From: Streptosporangiaceae bacterium
GTDB taxonomy: Bacteria > Actinomycetota > Actinomycetes > Streptosporangiales > Streptosporangiaceae
Length of the DNA: 64,000 nt
Assembly (NCBI GenBank): GCA_036267135.1
Contig: DATAWQ010000079.1
Coordinates: 9,342 to 73,341, forward strand
Direction of reading: 5' to 3'
Notes under the pieces: generated by a model
The model's input: only the letters and a program-made list of their open reading frames with translations
The model's database searches: none
Told to the model about the DNA's origin: nothing
Position numbers and translations under genes: made by a program
Shown here: positions 10,768-19,965 of the stretch, piece by piece
How the letters are laid out: each line of letters starts with the position of its first letter
Numbering within the stretch: position 1 is the first letter of the stretch

Positions 10768-12171
10768 TTAGCTGCGCGGCAGGGAAACTTCGACATGGTC
10801 GAGGATGCCGAGCGCGTCAGGAATGAGGACCGCGACTGAGTAGTAAGCGCTGACCAGGTAGGAGATGACCGCCTTTTCGCTGATGTTCATGAAGCGGACG
10901 TTGAGGCCGGGTTCGTGCTCGTCCGGGATCCCGGTCTGCTGCAGCCCGACGACACCCTGGTCTTCTTCACCCGTCCGCATGGCGATGATCGAGGTGGTGT
11001 GCCCGTCGGTGAGCGGGATCTTGCCGCACGGGAAGATCGGCACGCCGCGCCACGCGGGTACCTGGCCCCCCGCCACCTCGGTGCTGCTGGGGTAGATGCC
11101 GCGCTTGGTGCATTCGCGGCCGAAGGCGGCGATGGCCTTGGGGTGAGCGAACATCATCTTGGTGCTGCGCCGCCTGGACAGCAGTTCGTCGAGGTCATCG
11201 GGGGTGGGCGGGCCTGAGTGGGTCGCGATCCGCTGGGAGTAGTCGGCGTTGTGCAGCAGCCCGAACTCGCGGTTGTTGACCATCTCCCATTCCTGCCGCT
11301 CCCGCAGCGCCTCCACGGTCAGCCGCAACTGCTGGGTGACCTGGTCCATCGGGTCGTTGTACAGATCCGCGACCCGGGTATGCACGCGCAGCACTGTCTG
11401 CGCCACCGCCAGCTGATACTCGCGCGGGTTCCGCTCGTAGTCCGCGTACGTCCCGTCCAGCTGCGGCTCCCCGTCATGCCCGGAGGCGATCGCGATGTCC
11501 GCCTCGCCGTGCTTGTTCTGCGATTGGGCCTTCGCCTCGTGATGCTCTCGAACCTGTGCCTGCAGCGCCTCGGATTGATCCGCGATGGACCAGAAACGGT
11601 CCTTCCGCAGCACCAGCAGCGTCGTGCCGGTCTCGGCCACCAGCGTGTGGTCCCAGACCACCTCCCCGATCAGGCCCTCCATGCCCAGATACGCGCCGTC
11701 GCCGATATGCCCCAGCGCGGTGTCCCCACCGAACTTGCCCTCTCCCCGGCGGTGTATCTTCCCGTGCGCGACCACGAAGAACTCGCCCTCCGGCTGCCCG
11801 CGCTCGGCGATCACATCTCCGGCATTCACCTCCCGCTGCTCGAACGCCCCGGCCACCGCGGCCAGCACGTCGTCGTCCTCGAACCCGGCGAACACCGGGA
11901 CCTCGCGCAGGCTGGGCGGCACCACCGAGACCTCTTCCGCGGTCTGCGCCACGGCTACCAGCCCGCCGCCCACCGCATAGGTCATCCGGCGGTTGACCCG
12001 GTAGGTCCCGCCCGACACCTGAACCCACGGCAGCATCCGCAGCAGCCAGCGCGATGTGATCCCCTGCATCTGCGGAACGGTCTTGGTCGTGGTGGTCAGG
12101 TTCCTGGCGGCTTCCGTGCTCAGGCTCTGCCGCGGCTCCTGGGCGGTGCCGTTGGTTGCCTCAACAGACAT
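10768..12171 (-). CDS. Family 2B encapsulin shell protein (HK97-fold type with an inserted cNMP-binding-like domain; EshA-like)
   Basis: 467 aa. Family-2 N-terminal signature [33 protein letters not shown]. Residues about 88-196 resemble a cyclic-nucleotide-binding beta-roll (FAGF...[22 protein letters not shown]...LLVLRKDRF). GGAGG lies 7 nt before the ATG. Terpene cyclases flank it on both sides. Confidence 0.88.
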   Translation of the reverse strand: MSVEATNGTAQEPRQSLSTEAARNLTTTTKTVPQMQGITSRWLLRMLPWVQVSGGTYRVNRRMTYAVGGGLVAVAQTAEEVSVVPPSLREVPVFAGFEDDDVLAAVAGAFEQREVNAGDVIAERGQPEGEFFVVAHGKIHRRGEGKFGGDTALGHIGDGAYLGMEGLIGEVVWDHTLVAETGTTLLVLRKDRFWSIADQSEALQAQVREHHEAKAQSQNKHGEADIAIASGHDGEPQLDGTYADYERNPREYQLAVAQTVLRVHTRVADLYNDPMDQVTQQLRLTVEALRERQEWEMVNNREFGLLHNADYSQRIATHSGPPTPDDLDELLSRRRSTKMMFAHPKAIAAFGRECTKRGIYPSSTEVAGGQVPAWRGVPIFPCGKIPLTDGHTTSIIAMRTGEEDQGVVGLQQTGIPDEHEPGLNVRFMNISEKAVISYLVSAYYSVAVLIPDALGILDHVEVSLPRS

Positions 12172-12251
12172 TTGCTGCCTCCATATATTCGGCGAGGGGG
12201 ATTACGTCTTTGGCGAACGGGATCAGCGCCGGGTGAACGGGGAACGACTGG

Positions 12252-13508
12252 TCACTGGTAACGGCTGGTGGTGCGGTGCCATTCGAACCCCCCACCCATC
12301 CAGGCCTGCGCTCCGCGCAGAAACCGCTGGAGCTCAACGGACGGCAGGGCCGCGAGCTGGCGCTGGCTGGCCTCGAACCCCCGGACGAAGTCGTTGTGCA
12401 GGGCCACGGTGCGCTCGGTCGCCTCCCGGATCGTGCAGTTCTCTTCCAGGGCGATCAGCAGCACCAGGTTGGAATCCGGCAGTTCGTCCGCGGCCTCCCT
12501 GGCCACCGAGTAGAGGTCGTTGACGAGCACCGAAGCCGTGCCGGCCTGCATCAGCGCCCGGTGGAAACGCCGTTCGGCGAACAGGTTCGCGGGCAGCTCG
12601 TAGCCGCCGACGACGTCGATGAGGGTCATAGAGGTGTAGAAGCTGTCGTGCTGGCGGGCGGCGAGGTAACGCCACACCGGCGGCGGCTGGCCGAGGAACC
12701 GCCAGGCCGCGTAGGCGGTCCAGCTCACGTACATCTGGCTGGTGGTGTTGCAGGCCCGCATGACCTGCGCGGGGGTGGCGTGCCTGGACAGGTGGGCGGT
12801 GGCCGAGCTGAGCGCGACGAGCACGGGATCGGACCGCACCGCGTCCTCGAGTTGGCGGGTGTAGTCGCCGGCCGGCGGTGGCGGGTCCATCGCGGACGTC
12901 ACCAGGGCCAGCCGGGGAGGAAGCTCGGTGGGGGTGGCCCCGAGCGGCGTCTCGTCGGCGTAGTAGTCGTCCGCGGCCCACCAGGCAGCGTTCATCTGGG
13001 CCGCGATCAGCAGCCTGTCGGGGTCGTCGGTGTCGGCATGGGTGAGCATGGCCAGCCGGCCGAAGCCGGTGTCGCGGAACTTGTCTATCCGGCCGGCGTG
13101 GATCCCGACCTTCTCCGCCCAGGCCACCAGCCGGCGGTTGACCTCCTCGCCCAGGTCCTCGTCGATGCGAACGGTCTGCGGACAGTACAACGGTGGGTAT
13201 GAGCCGTCGCCCCATTCCCGCTCCAGATACGGCAGCGGGGCGTAGATGTCCCTGGGCACGAAGTCGGGCTGGTACAGCGTGGCGGCCAGGTCGAACCCGG
13301 GCGGTTCCGGCGCCTCGGGAGCAGGCGGCTCCTCGGCGGCCGGGGGCGCCTCGGGAGCAGGTGGAGCCTGGGTAGCCGGCGGAGCCGCCAGGGTCGCGGT
13401 GGCCTGGGGCGCCCGCGTGGCCGCGGGGAAGCGGCACGCGGAGGTCCCCAGGCCGGACGGCCCGGCCAGTACCCCGGCGAGGTCCAGGCCGTAGCGGTCG
13501 TACCTCAT
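12252..13508 (-). CDS. 2-methylisoborneol synthase-type (C11) terpene cyclase with a disordered N-terminal region
   Basis: 418 aa. Metal-binding DDYYADE (12951-12971) and NDLYSVAREAADE, C-terminal WHRTTSRY. The first ~95 residues are Pro/Ala-rich. Its ATG overlaps the methyltransferase stop (ATGA at 13505-13508). Confidence 0.88.
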   Translation of the reverse strand: MRYDRYGLDLAGVLAGPSGLGTSACRFPAATRAPQATATLAAPPATQAPPAPEAPPAAEEPPAPEAPEPPGFDLAATLYQPDFVPRDIYAPLPYLEREWGDGSYPPLYCPQTVRIDEDLGEEVNRRLVAWAEKVGIHAGRIDKFRDTGFGRLAMLTHADTDDPDRLLIAAQMNAAWWAADDYYADETPLGATPTELPPRLALVTSAMDPPPPAGDYTRQLEDAVRSDPVLVALSSATAHLSRHATPAQVMRACNTTSQMYVSWTAYAAWRFLGQPPPVWRYLAARQHDSFYTSMTLIDVVGGYELPANLFAERRFHRALMQAGTASVLVNDLYSVAREAADELPDSNLVLLIALEENCTIREATERTVALHNDFVRGFEASQRQLAALPSVELQRFLRGAQAWMGGGFEWHRTTSRYQ

Positions 13509-14413
13509 GACCGGCCGACGTAGTCCGCGGCGATGAGCAGGTAGTGGAAGCTGCCTTCACGGTAGGCGGTCAGGAACGGGCCCTCGATGCCGGTGGCGAC
13601 CGACGATTTCGCCCGCAGTTCCCAGTACGGGATCGTGTGCGCGGTCAGGTCGACGACGTTGATCGGGACGAAGTCGTTGGCCACCAGTGCCTTGAAGTAC
13701 TCGCTGCGCGGATGGATGTCGCAGGTGTAGTGCTGGTCGATCTGGCTGACCGCCTTGGACCGGCCGCCGGTCACGTCGTTGTAGCACCCGGTGATGCAGA
13801 CGTACCGGCCGCCGTAAGGCAGCAGCCGGGCGAATTCGCCGAACAGATCCTGCAGATCGACGTACATCGTGGTTTCGTTGGTCCAGATGCCTTGCCGTGA
13901 GCCGGTTTCGAATCCGGTGTCGAGCATGTTGCGGAAGTGGAACCGCACCTGATCGGCCACGCCACGCTCGCGGGCCTGCGCGTTGGCGAATTCCACCTGG
14001 GCTTCGGAGATCGTCACGCCGTCGACCTGGCAGGCGAATCGCTGATTCGCCATGAAGCTCGTGCCGCCACGGCCCGAACCGCCGTCGAGCAGCCGGTGAT
14101 GCGGCTCGATATCGTCGAGGTGATCAAGCAGCAGGTCGGCCTGTGCGGTCTCCAGCCGGTGCATCTCGGCGATGATGGCTTCTTCGCGGGTTTCGGACGG
14201 TTCCTCGAGCACGGCCGGGTCATAGTCGCCGATGCCGTAGTGGTGGTGATAAAGCCCGTCGACTTCACCGAGCTTGATATTGACCGGATCCTTCTCCTTG
14301 TTCCAGTACGCGGCCACGGAACGCTGATAATCGCTGCGCAGCACCGGCTGGTCCGCGGTGGCAGTTGTGACAGTGCTGGCAATGTCGCGGACGGCATGAT
14401 GAGTCATATTCAT
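13505..14413 (-). CDS. Geranyl diphosphate 2-C-methyltransferase (SAM-dependent)
   Basis: 302 aa from ATG 14413, with GGAG about 10 nt upstream. SAM motif LLDGGSGRGGTS. Strong resemblance to the GPP methyltransferases paired with 2-MIB synthases (YWNKEKDPVNIKLGEVDGLYHHHYGIGD, IWTNETTMYVDL). Confidence 0.92.
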   Translation of the reverse strand: MNMTHHAVRDIASTVTTATADQPVLRSDYQRSVAAYWNKEKDPVNIKLGEVDGLYHHHYGIGDYDPAVLEEPSETREEAIIAEMHRLETAQADLLLDHLDDIEPHHRLLDGGSGRGGTSFMANQRFACQVDGVTISEAQVEFANAQARERGVADQVRFHFRNMLDTGFETGSRQGIWTNETTMYVDLQDLFGEFARLLPYGGRYVCITGCYNDVTGGRSKAVSQIDQHYTCDIHPRSEYFKALVANDFVPINVVDLTAHTIPYWELRAKSSVATGIEGPFLTAYREGSFHYLLIAADYVGRS

Positions 14414-14524
14414 CAGGACAGCTCCAAGTGGGGGTTTCCGGCTACGCCTAATTGATGCTTCCGCAATTGCGTCCGGCCTACACATATCCATTGGGGGGAT
14501 ATAAGTGTTACTTCTGATCAAGAA

Positions 14525-14549
14525 ATCGCTGTGATACAGCTACAGCGAT
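14525..14549. promoter_or_regulatory. Perfect 8-bp inverted repeat ATCGCTGT-N9-ACAGCGAT upstream of the terpene operon (candidate operator; contains a TGTGA-N6-TACAG CRP-like half match)
   Basis: Lies about 110-135 nt upstream of the methyltransferase start, in a visibly lower-GC stretch. Confidence 0.35.
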
Positions 14550-15049
14550 ATACGGCAATATTAGATGCGCTGGTTAATTTCCCTGCTAACCGGACAGATT
14601 CGTATAAAAGAGGAAACCTGATGTCGCGGCACCCGGCGGCTGGCCAGTGAACCCTGGGGTAGCAGTCGCTGAATCCAGCCCGGCCGGGACCAGAATGCCA
14701 GGCCCAGCTTTGCCGCCTGGACATGCGGGAATGCGTCAGACGGGGACGCTACGGAGTGCCGATGACACGCCGTGTGACCTGGACATCTGCGACAAGCAGG
14801 CATGAAAGGGGGAGCATCGGCGCTGAGAAGACTATCCCGTAATAGGAAGGTCACACCGATGCTCCCGGAGCCGACCATAGCAAAGCCGCCGGCCAGTACG
14901 GCCGGCTCGTGCCCGTGGGTGATGACTCCCTTGTTCTGCGTCCCCGACATCGCCGACGGCGGCGCGGCGCCATCCCACCCGCCCAGATACCGCAGCACGG
15001 GCCCGGCCAGGCGCGGCAGTCGCCGGTCAAACTTGCGACCCACACGGAG

Positions 15050-15094
15050 CCAGCTAAACCAGGGCCAGCTAAACCAGGGCCAGCCAAACCAAGG
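15050..15094. repeat. 15-nt tandem repeat x3 (ccagctaaaccaggg)
   Basis: Direct reading. It would encode PWF(G/S)W x3 on the minus strand or QLNQG x3 on the plus strand. Confidence 0.9.
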
Positions 15095-15376
15095 CATGGC
15101 AAATCGCGGCGGCACGATCGTAAAATCGCCCGCGCGAAAAGATACCACGGAACTGCTGACGGTTACCGCCGAATGGCTGCGGCGGGCGCTGTGCCGTAGC
15201 TTCCTCCGGTATAACGTCGCCGGGGATCTGGAGAGCGCCGTGCATGCCGCCATGAACGTGATCGAGCCGGTCCTGCAGGCCAGGGACAGCGAGATCACGC
15301 GGCTGCGCGATCTTATATCCGTGAAAACGTCAGGCCGGTAACCGCCATGAGCTTACTCTCAGTGACGCGTGAGCGG

Positions 15377-16696
15377 CTATGAGCCGTGTGGGGTACCACA
15401 GGCCGGAGCGGCCTTCTGGCTGCCACGGGACCCTTGGTAGGCACTGAACTTCTGGTAGGCACTGAACTTTTGGTAGGCACTGAACTTTTGGTAACCACCG
15501 AGTGGGATGAATCCGTAGGCTTTGATGTCGCCCTTGGCCGTGAGGTTGGTGCATACGTACCCCTTGGGGGACGCGCCGAAGAACGTCGCCAGATAGGGAG
15601 GCAGGCCACCTGGGCCCGAGCCGAAACGCACGACGGCATACAGGCTCCGCTGGAACGTGGCGCCGAATTTCGGGTTGATCTTGCAGGTTGAGCAGGGCGG
15701 GCTGGGCGGTGGCCAGGGCAGCACCGGCTTCTTGCCACTGATCTCGCCCAGGCCGAGCACACCGTGCAGGTCGCAGCCGTACAGGTTCTGCGAGCCGGTG
15801 GGCGTACACGGCGGCGAGCCGGTGCAGGCGGAGATGGCGCACGGGGCCGAGTGGTAGACCTGTGCGACGTAGTCACCGGCCGAGTAAGGGACGATCGCCT
15901 CGGGGCTGTCGAGCACCGGGTTGACGCCCTCGTTGTCCTGCAGTTGGTTGCCGTCGTCGCTGACGCAGGGGCCCGGGGTGATCGGCGTCTTGCCGCCGCC
16001 GAGCGCGGTGAGCCAGAACGCCCTGGTGCCCGACGAGGACTGCGGCAGGAACGGCTCGATCGGCGCGTTCTTCCCCCCGGCCTTGTCCCAGTTGACGATC
16101 TTGCACAGGAAGATGTCCCTGAGCTGGTTCAAGGTCAGGCTGGCCGGGGCGTCGGTGCCGCCGCTGGCCGCGTCGCGGGTGGCCCAGGTGACCGCGTCCC
16201 CGGCGAACCGGATGAAGCAGATGCCACCCTTGGCACAGGCCGGGTCGCCGGCCGCGGGCGCCCGGGACGAGCCGGCGTAGTCGACGCAGAAGTCCTTGGG
16301 GGCGGACGGGTCGGCGGTATTGGCCTCCAGCGCCGTGATGCCCGCTGAGGAGCCGTCCGGCCTGGCCGTGGGCTGGCAGCCGGTCTTCGTCACGATCGAA
16401 TCGCCGGGCATCCCGGTGGCCGGGTTGGTCTCGTCCCAGCTGTAGAGCAGCGACGCGGCCTTCGGGTGGGCCTGGTCGTAGTCGTGGGCAAGCTGGTCGA
16501 GCAGGTATCCCATGGTGTCGGAGCCGACGCCCACGACGTCGGCGGCCCGCGGGGTGAACCCGACGGGCGGGTCGGCCAGCGCGGGCCCCGCGGACGTCGC
16601 GACGGCGGCGGCCGCCGCCAGTACCAGGGCCGGGCCCGCGGTGCGCAGCTTGCTGATTAACCGTCGGTTTGAACGTCTGGTTGAACGCATTGCCAT
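15377..16696 (-). CDS. Secreted PstS-like periplasmic-binding-fold protein (phosphate-binding protein family)
   Basis: 439 aa. Signal peptide MAMRSTRRSNRRLISKLRTAGPALVLAAAAAVATSAGPALA. GVGSDTM and GSSAG motifs typical of PBP_like_2/PstS. Cys-rich. C-terminal YQKFSA x3 repeat. Confidence 0.7.
   Translation of the reverse strand: MAMRSTRRSNRRLISKLRTAGPALVLAAAAAVATSAGPALADPPVGFTPRAADVVGVGSDTMGYLLDQLAHDYDQAHPKAASLLYSWDETNPATGMPGDSIVTKTGCQPTARPDGSSAGITALEANTADPSAPKDFCVDYAGSSRAPAAGDPACAKGGICFIRFAGDAVTWATRDAASGGTDAPASLTLNQLRDIFLCKIVNWDKAGGKNAPIEPFLPQSSSGTRAFWLTALGGGKTPITPGPCVSDDGNQLQDNEGVNPVLDSPEAIVPYSAGDYVAQVYHSAPCAISACTGSPPCTPTGSQNLYGCDLHGVLGLGEISGKKPVLPWPPPSPPCSTCKINPKFGATFQRSLYAVVRFGSGPGGLPPYLATFFGASPKGYVCTNLTAKGDIKAYGFIPLGGYQKFSAYQKFSAYQKFSAYQGSRGSQKAAPACGTPHGS
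15434..15496. repeat. 18-nt tandem repeat x3.5 (ttggtaggcactgaactt), encoding YQKFSA repeats
   Basis: Direct reading. In frame within the 3' end of the PstS-like CDS. Confidence 0.9.
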
Positions 16697-16841
16697 CGTC
16701 CCCCTCGGAAAAGAAGCGCGCGCGGCTGGACGGGGGCCGTGAGCTTGTGGGCCAGCGTCGCCCGGGCGTTATGCCCAGCTTTTACCGTTAGAGGCGCTCA
16801 GCGCAATCGCTGCGTACGCTGGCGGGAGGGAGTCACGGTGG

Positions 16842-19592
16842 GTGACGCGACCCGCGGGCGGCGAGGGGAGCGGTGGGACAGTGACCGGGGAGTCGGCTTG
16901 GGACTTCGGCGGGCTGTTACGGCTGCTCAGGAAGGAAGCCAGGCTGACCCAGGAGGAACTGGCCGAGGAGGCGGGGCTCAGCCTGCGCACCGTCCAGGAC
17001 CTGGAGGGAGGCAGGCACCGGACCGCGCACAAACCCACCGCGCAGCGGCTGGCGGACGGACTGCGCCTGACCGAGCCCGCGCACGGGCTGTTCGTCAGGG
17101 CCGGGACCGGCCGGTCGCCCGTCGCCGACGTGCTGGCCGCGCGGACCGCCACCGCATCCGCGGCGGCCGTGCCGGAACCCGTCCAGGCCTTCGTGCCCAG
17201 GGAACTGCCGGCCGATGTGGCGGCGTTCACCGGCCGGATCGGCGAACTGGCCGTGCTCGATGCCCTGCTCCCCCGGGGTGAGAGGCCGCAGGGGGTGCAG
17301 GGGCGAGAGGAGCGGGAGGTGGCCGCCGGGCCTGTGGTGGTCTCGGCGGTGTCGGGCACGGCGGGCGCGGGCAAGACGGCGCTGGCGGTGCACTGGGCGC
17401 ACCGGGCGGCCGGGCACTTTCCCGACGGGCAGCTCTACGTGAACCTGCGCGGCTACGACCCGGAGCAGCCCGTCCCGGCCACGGAAGCGCTCGAGGGCTT
17501 TCTGGGCGCGCTGGGCCTGCCGGGCCAGCACATCCCGCCGGGGGAAGCGGCGCGGGCGGCCAGGTACCGGTCGCTGCTGACCGGCCGGCGGGTGCTGGTG
17601 GTGCTGGACAACGCGGCCACCGAGGAACAGGTGCGGCCGCTGCTGCCCGGGAGTCCTTCGGTGATGGTCGTGGTGACGAGCCGCGACAGCCTGCCCGGCC
17701 TGGTGGCGCGGGACGGCGCACGCCGCCTGGACCTGGATCTGATGCCCGCCGACGACGCGGTGTCGCTGCTGCGCACCCTGATCGGGGCGCGGGTGGACGC
17801 CGATCCCGCGGCCGCGCGGGAGCTGGCGGGTCTGTGCGCCCGGCTGCCGCTGGCGTTGCGGGTGGCCGCGGAACTGGCCGCCAGCCATCAGGACCGGCCG
17901 CTGGCCGACCTGGTCGCCGAACTCGCCGACGAGGACGGCCGGCTGGACTGGCTGGACGCCGGCGGAGATCCGCGCGGCGCGGTGGCCAGCGTGCTGTCCT
18001 GGTCCGGCCGGCACCTGTCCGCCGACGCCACCGGGCTGTTCCGGCGGCTCGGCCTGCACCCGGGCCAGGACTGGGACCGGTACGCCGCCGCCGCACTGGC
18101 CGGCACCACGCTCGGCCGGGCCGGGCCGCTGCTGGCCACGCTGGCCCGCACGCACCTGATCCAGCCGGCCGACCGGGCACCCGGTCGTTACGGCATGCAC
18201 GACCTGCTGCGCGCCTACGCCGCCGGGCAGGCCGCCGAGCACGACGGCGAAGAAGCCGGGCGAGCGGCCCTGACCAGGCTGTTCGACTACTACCTGGCGG
18301 CCTGCATCGCCGCGATGGACCGGCTCGCGCTGGACGAAGCCCAGCACCGGCCCGCTCCCCCGCCGGTCAGCACGCCGGTACCCGAGTTCGCCGACCCGGC
18401 CGCCGCCCGCGCCTGGCTGGACGCCGAGCTGGCCACGCTGGTGGCGGTGGCCGCGCACACCGCGGAGCACGGCTGGCCGGAGCATACGGTCCGGCTGGCC
18501 CGCGCCCTGCAGCGGTACCTGGACGGGGTGCCCGACAGCGCCGGCCTGGCCATCTGCGGGCACGCGCTGCAGGCCGCGCGCGCCTGCGGCGACCGGGGCG
18601 GCCAGGCGAGCACGCTCACCATCCTGGGCGTGATCTACGGCCGCCAGGGGCGCTACCCGGAGGCCACCGAGTGCCACCAGGAGGCGCTGGCCCTGGCCAG
18701 GGAGACCGGCGACCAGCTGACCCAGGGGTGGGCGCTGGGCAACCTGGCCCTCATCCACGAGCAGCAGGGCCGGTACCCGCAGGCCGCCAGCCACAACCGG
18801 CAGGCGCTGGCCATCTACCGCGCGCTCGGCGACACCACGGGCGAGGCGATCACCGTGTCCAACCTGGGCCTGGTGTGCCTGCGGCAGGGCCGCTACCCGC
18901 AGGCCGCCAGGCACATGCGGCAGGCGATCGGGCTGTACCGCCGGATCGGCCACCGCTTCGGCGAGGTCATCGCGCTGACCAACCTCGGCGAGGTGAGCTA
19001 CCGCCAGGGCAACGGCGAGCAGGCCGCCGAGCATCAGCTCGCGGCGCTGGCGCTGGCGCGCGAGCTGGGCAGCCGACGGGTGGAAGCCTGGGCGCTGACC
19101 AGGCTGGCCAAGGTCAGGGGCCGCCAGGGACGGCAGGACGAGGCGGCCGACGGCCACCGGCGGGCGCTGGATCTGTTCCGCGAGGTCGGCGACCGCGACG
19201 GCGAGGCCGAGGCGCTGAACGGCACGGGCGAGACGCAACTGGCCAGCGGCCAGATCGACCGGGCCCGGGCCAGTCACCACGCCGCGCTGCTGCTCACCCG
19301 CCAGACCGGGGACCGGCACGAGCAGGCCAGGGCGCTGATCCAGCTCGGCCGGATCTACCAGCGGCAGGGCCAGCCCGACCGGGCCGGACGGCATCTGCGC
19401 GAGGCACTCGGCCTGTACCGCGAGGTCGGCGACCCCCGCGGCGAGGCCGAGGCCCTGGGCCTGGCCGAAGCGCTGGGCACGCCCGAAGCGCTAGGCACGC
19501 CCGAAGCGCTGGGCACGGCCCAGGCGCTGGGCACGCCCGAAGCACTGGGCGCGGCCGGCGACGGCGCCCAGGCCGAACCCGTCTCCGGCTAG
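16842..19592 (+). CDS. XRE-type HTH + NB-ARC ATPase + TPR regulator (STAND family)
   Basis: 916 aa from GTG 16842, with GGGAGGGAG upstream. HTH LLRKEARLTQEELAEEAGLSLRTVQDLE, Walker A GTAGAGKTALAV, then a TPR array. C-terminal EALGTP repeat tail. Confidence 0.9.
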   Translation: MTRPAGGEGSGGTVTGESAWDFGGLLRLLRKEARLTQEELAEEAGLSLRTVQDLEGGRHRTAHKPTAQRLADGLRLTEPAHGLFVRAGTGRSPVADVLAARTATASAAAVPEPVQAFVPRELPADVAAFTGRIGELAVLDALLPRGERPQGVQGREEREVAAGPVVVSAVSGTAGAGKTALAVHWAHRAAGHFPDGQLYVNLRGYDPEQPVPATEALEGFLGALGLPGQHIPPGEAARAARYRSLLTGRRVLVVLDNAATEEQVRPLLPGSPSVMVVVTSRDSLPGLVARDGARRLDLDLMPADDAVSLLRTLIGARVDADPAAARELAGLCARLPLALRVAAELAASHQDRPLADLVAELADEDGRLDWLDAGGDPRGAVASVLSWSGRHLSADATGLFRRLGLHPGQDWDRYAAAALAGTTLGRAGPLLATLARTHLIQPADRAPGRYGMHDLLRAYAAGQAAEHDGEEAGRAALTRLFDYYLAACIAAMDRLALDEAQHRPAPPPVSTPVPEFADPAAARAWLDAELATLVAVAAHTAEHGWPEHTVRLARALQRYLDGVPDSAGLAICGHALQAARACGDRGGQASTLTILGVIYGRQGRYPEATECHQEALALARETGDQLTQGWALGNLALIHEQQGRYPQAASHNRQALAIYRALGDTTGEAITVSNLGLVCLRQGRYPQAARHMRQAIGLYRRIGHRFGEVIALTNLGEVSYRQGNGEQAAEHQLAALALARELGSRRVEAWALTRLAKVRGRQGRQDEAADGHRRALDLFREVGDRDGEAEALNGTGETQLASGQIDRARASHHAALLLTRQTGDRHEQARALIQLGRIYQRQGQPDRAGRHLREALGLYREVGDPRGEAEALGLAEALGTPEALGTPEALGTAQALGTPEALGAAGDGAQAEPVSG
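19449..19556. repeat. 18-nt tandem repeat x6 (gaagcgctgggcacgccc)
   Basis: Direct reading. Encodes EALGLA-EALGTP-EALGTP-EALGTA-QALGTP-EALGAA at the extreme C-terminus of the NB-ARC/TPR protein. Confidence 0.9.
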
Positions 19593-19870
19593 GTCGTGGC
19601 CTGGCCGCGTTCGAGCACACGCTCGGCGGCCAGGAACGCCGGGTCGCGCCCGGCGGCGAACTGGGACGGCGTCAGCACCGGCACGCGGATGTCCGGCGCG
19701 ATCCCGGTGACGTCGTAGCCGCGCCCGGCCGGGTTGAGGTACTCCTCGTCCGGCAGGCCGAACCACCAGCCGTTGGGCAGCTCCCTGGTGAGGATGTCGG
19801 AGAACACGCCCTGGGTGTTCTCGCCGATCAGGACCGGCCGGGGCGTGCGCTGCAGCATGGCCTGGATCAT
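19589..19870 (-). pseudogene. C-terminal fragment of an S41-family (tail-specific/tricorn-core-like) peptidase
   Basis: The 93-aa ORF (VLIGENTQGVFSD...LPNGWWFGLPDEEYLNPAGRGYDVTGIAPDIRVPV) matches only the last ~90 residues of S41 peptidases. No upstream catalytic domain is present, and the AKR gene follows immediately. Confidence 0.55.
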
Positions 19871-19965
19871 GCCTTCGATGCTGCCGTCCGGGCCCGGCCG
19901 GCCGGAATCCGGCTAGTTACCGGAACTACGGTGGGGGTAGCACCACCGATCTTGAGGAGTGACGT

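Noticed and set aside
19449-19556. Tandem repeat arrays considered as possible CRISPR arrays (this one and those at 23772, 31532, 48414 and others)
   Set aside because: The units are directly adjacent with no unique spacers. They are only 9-23 nt long, most are in frame inside genes, and no cas genes are present.
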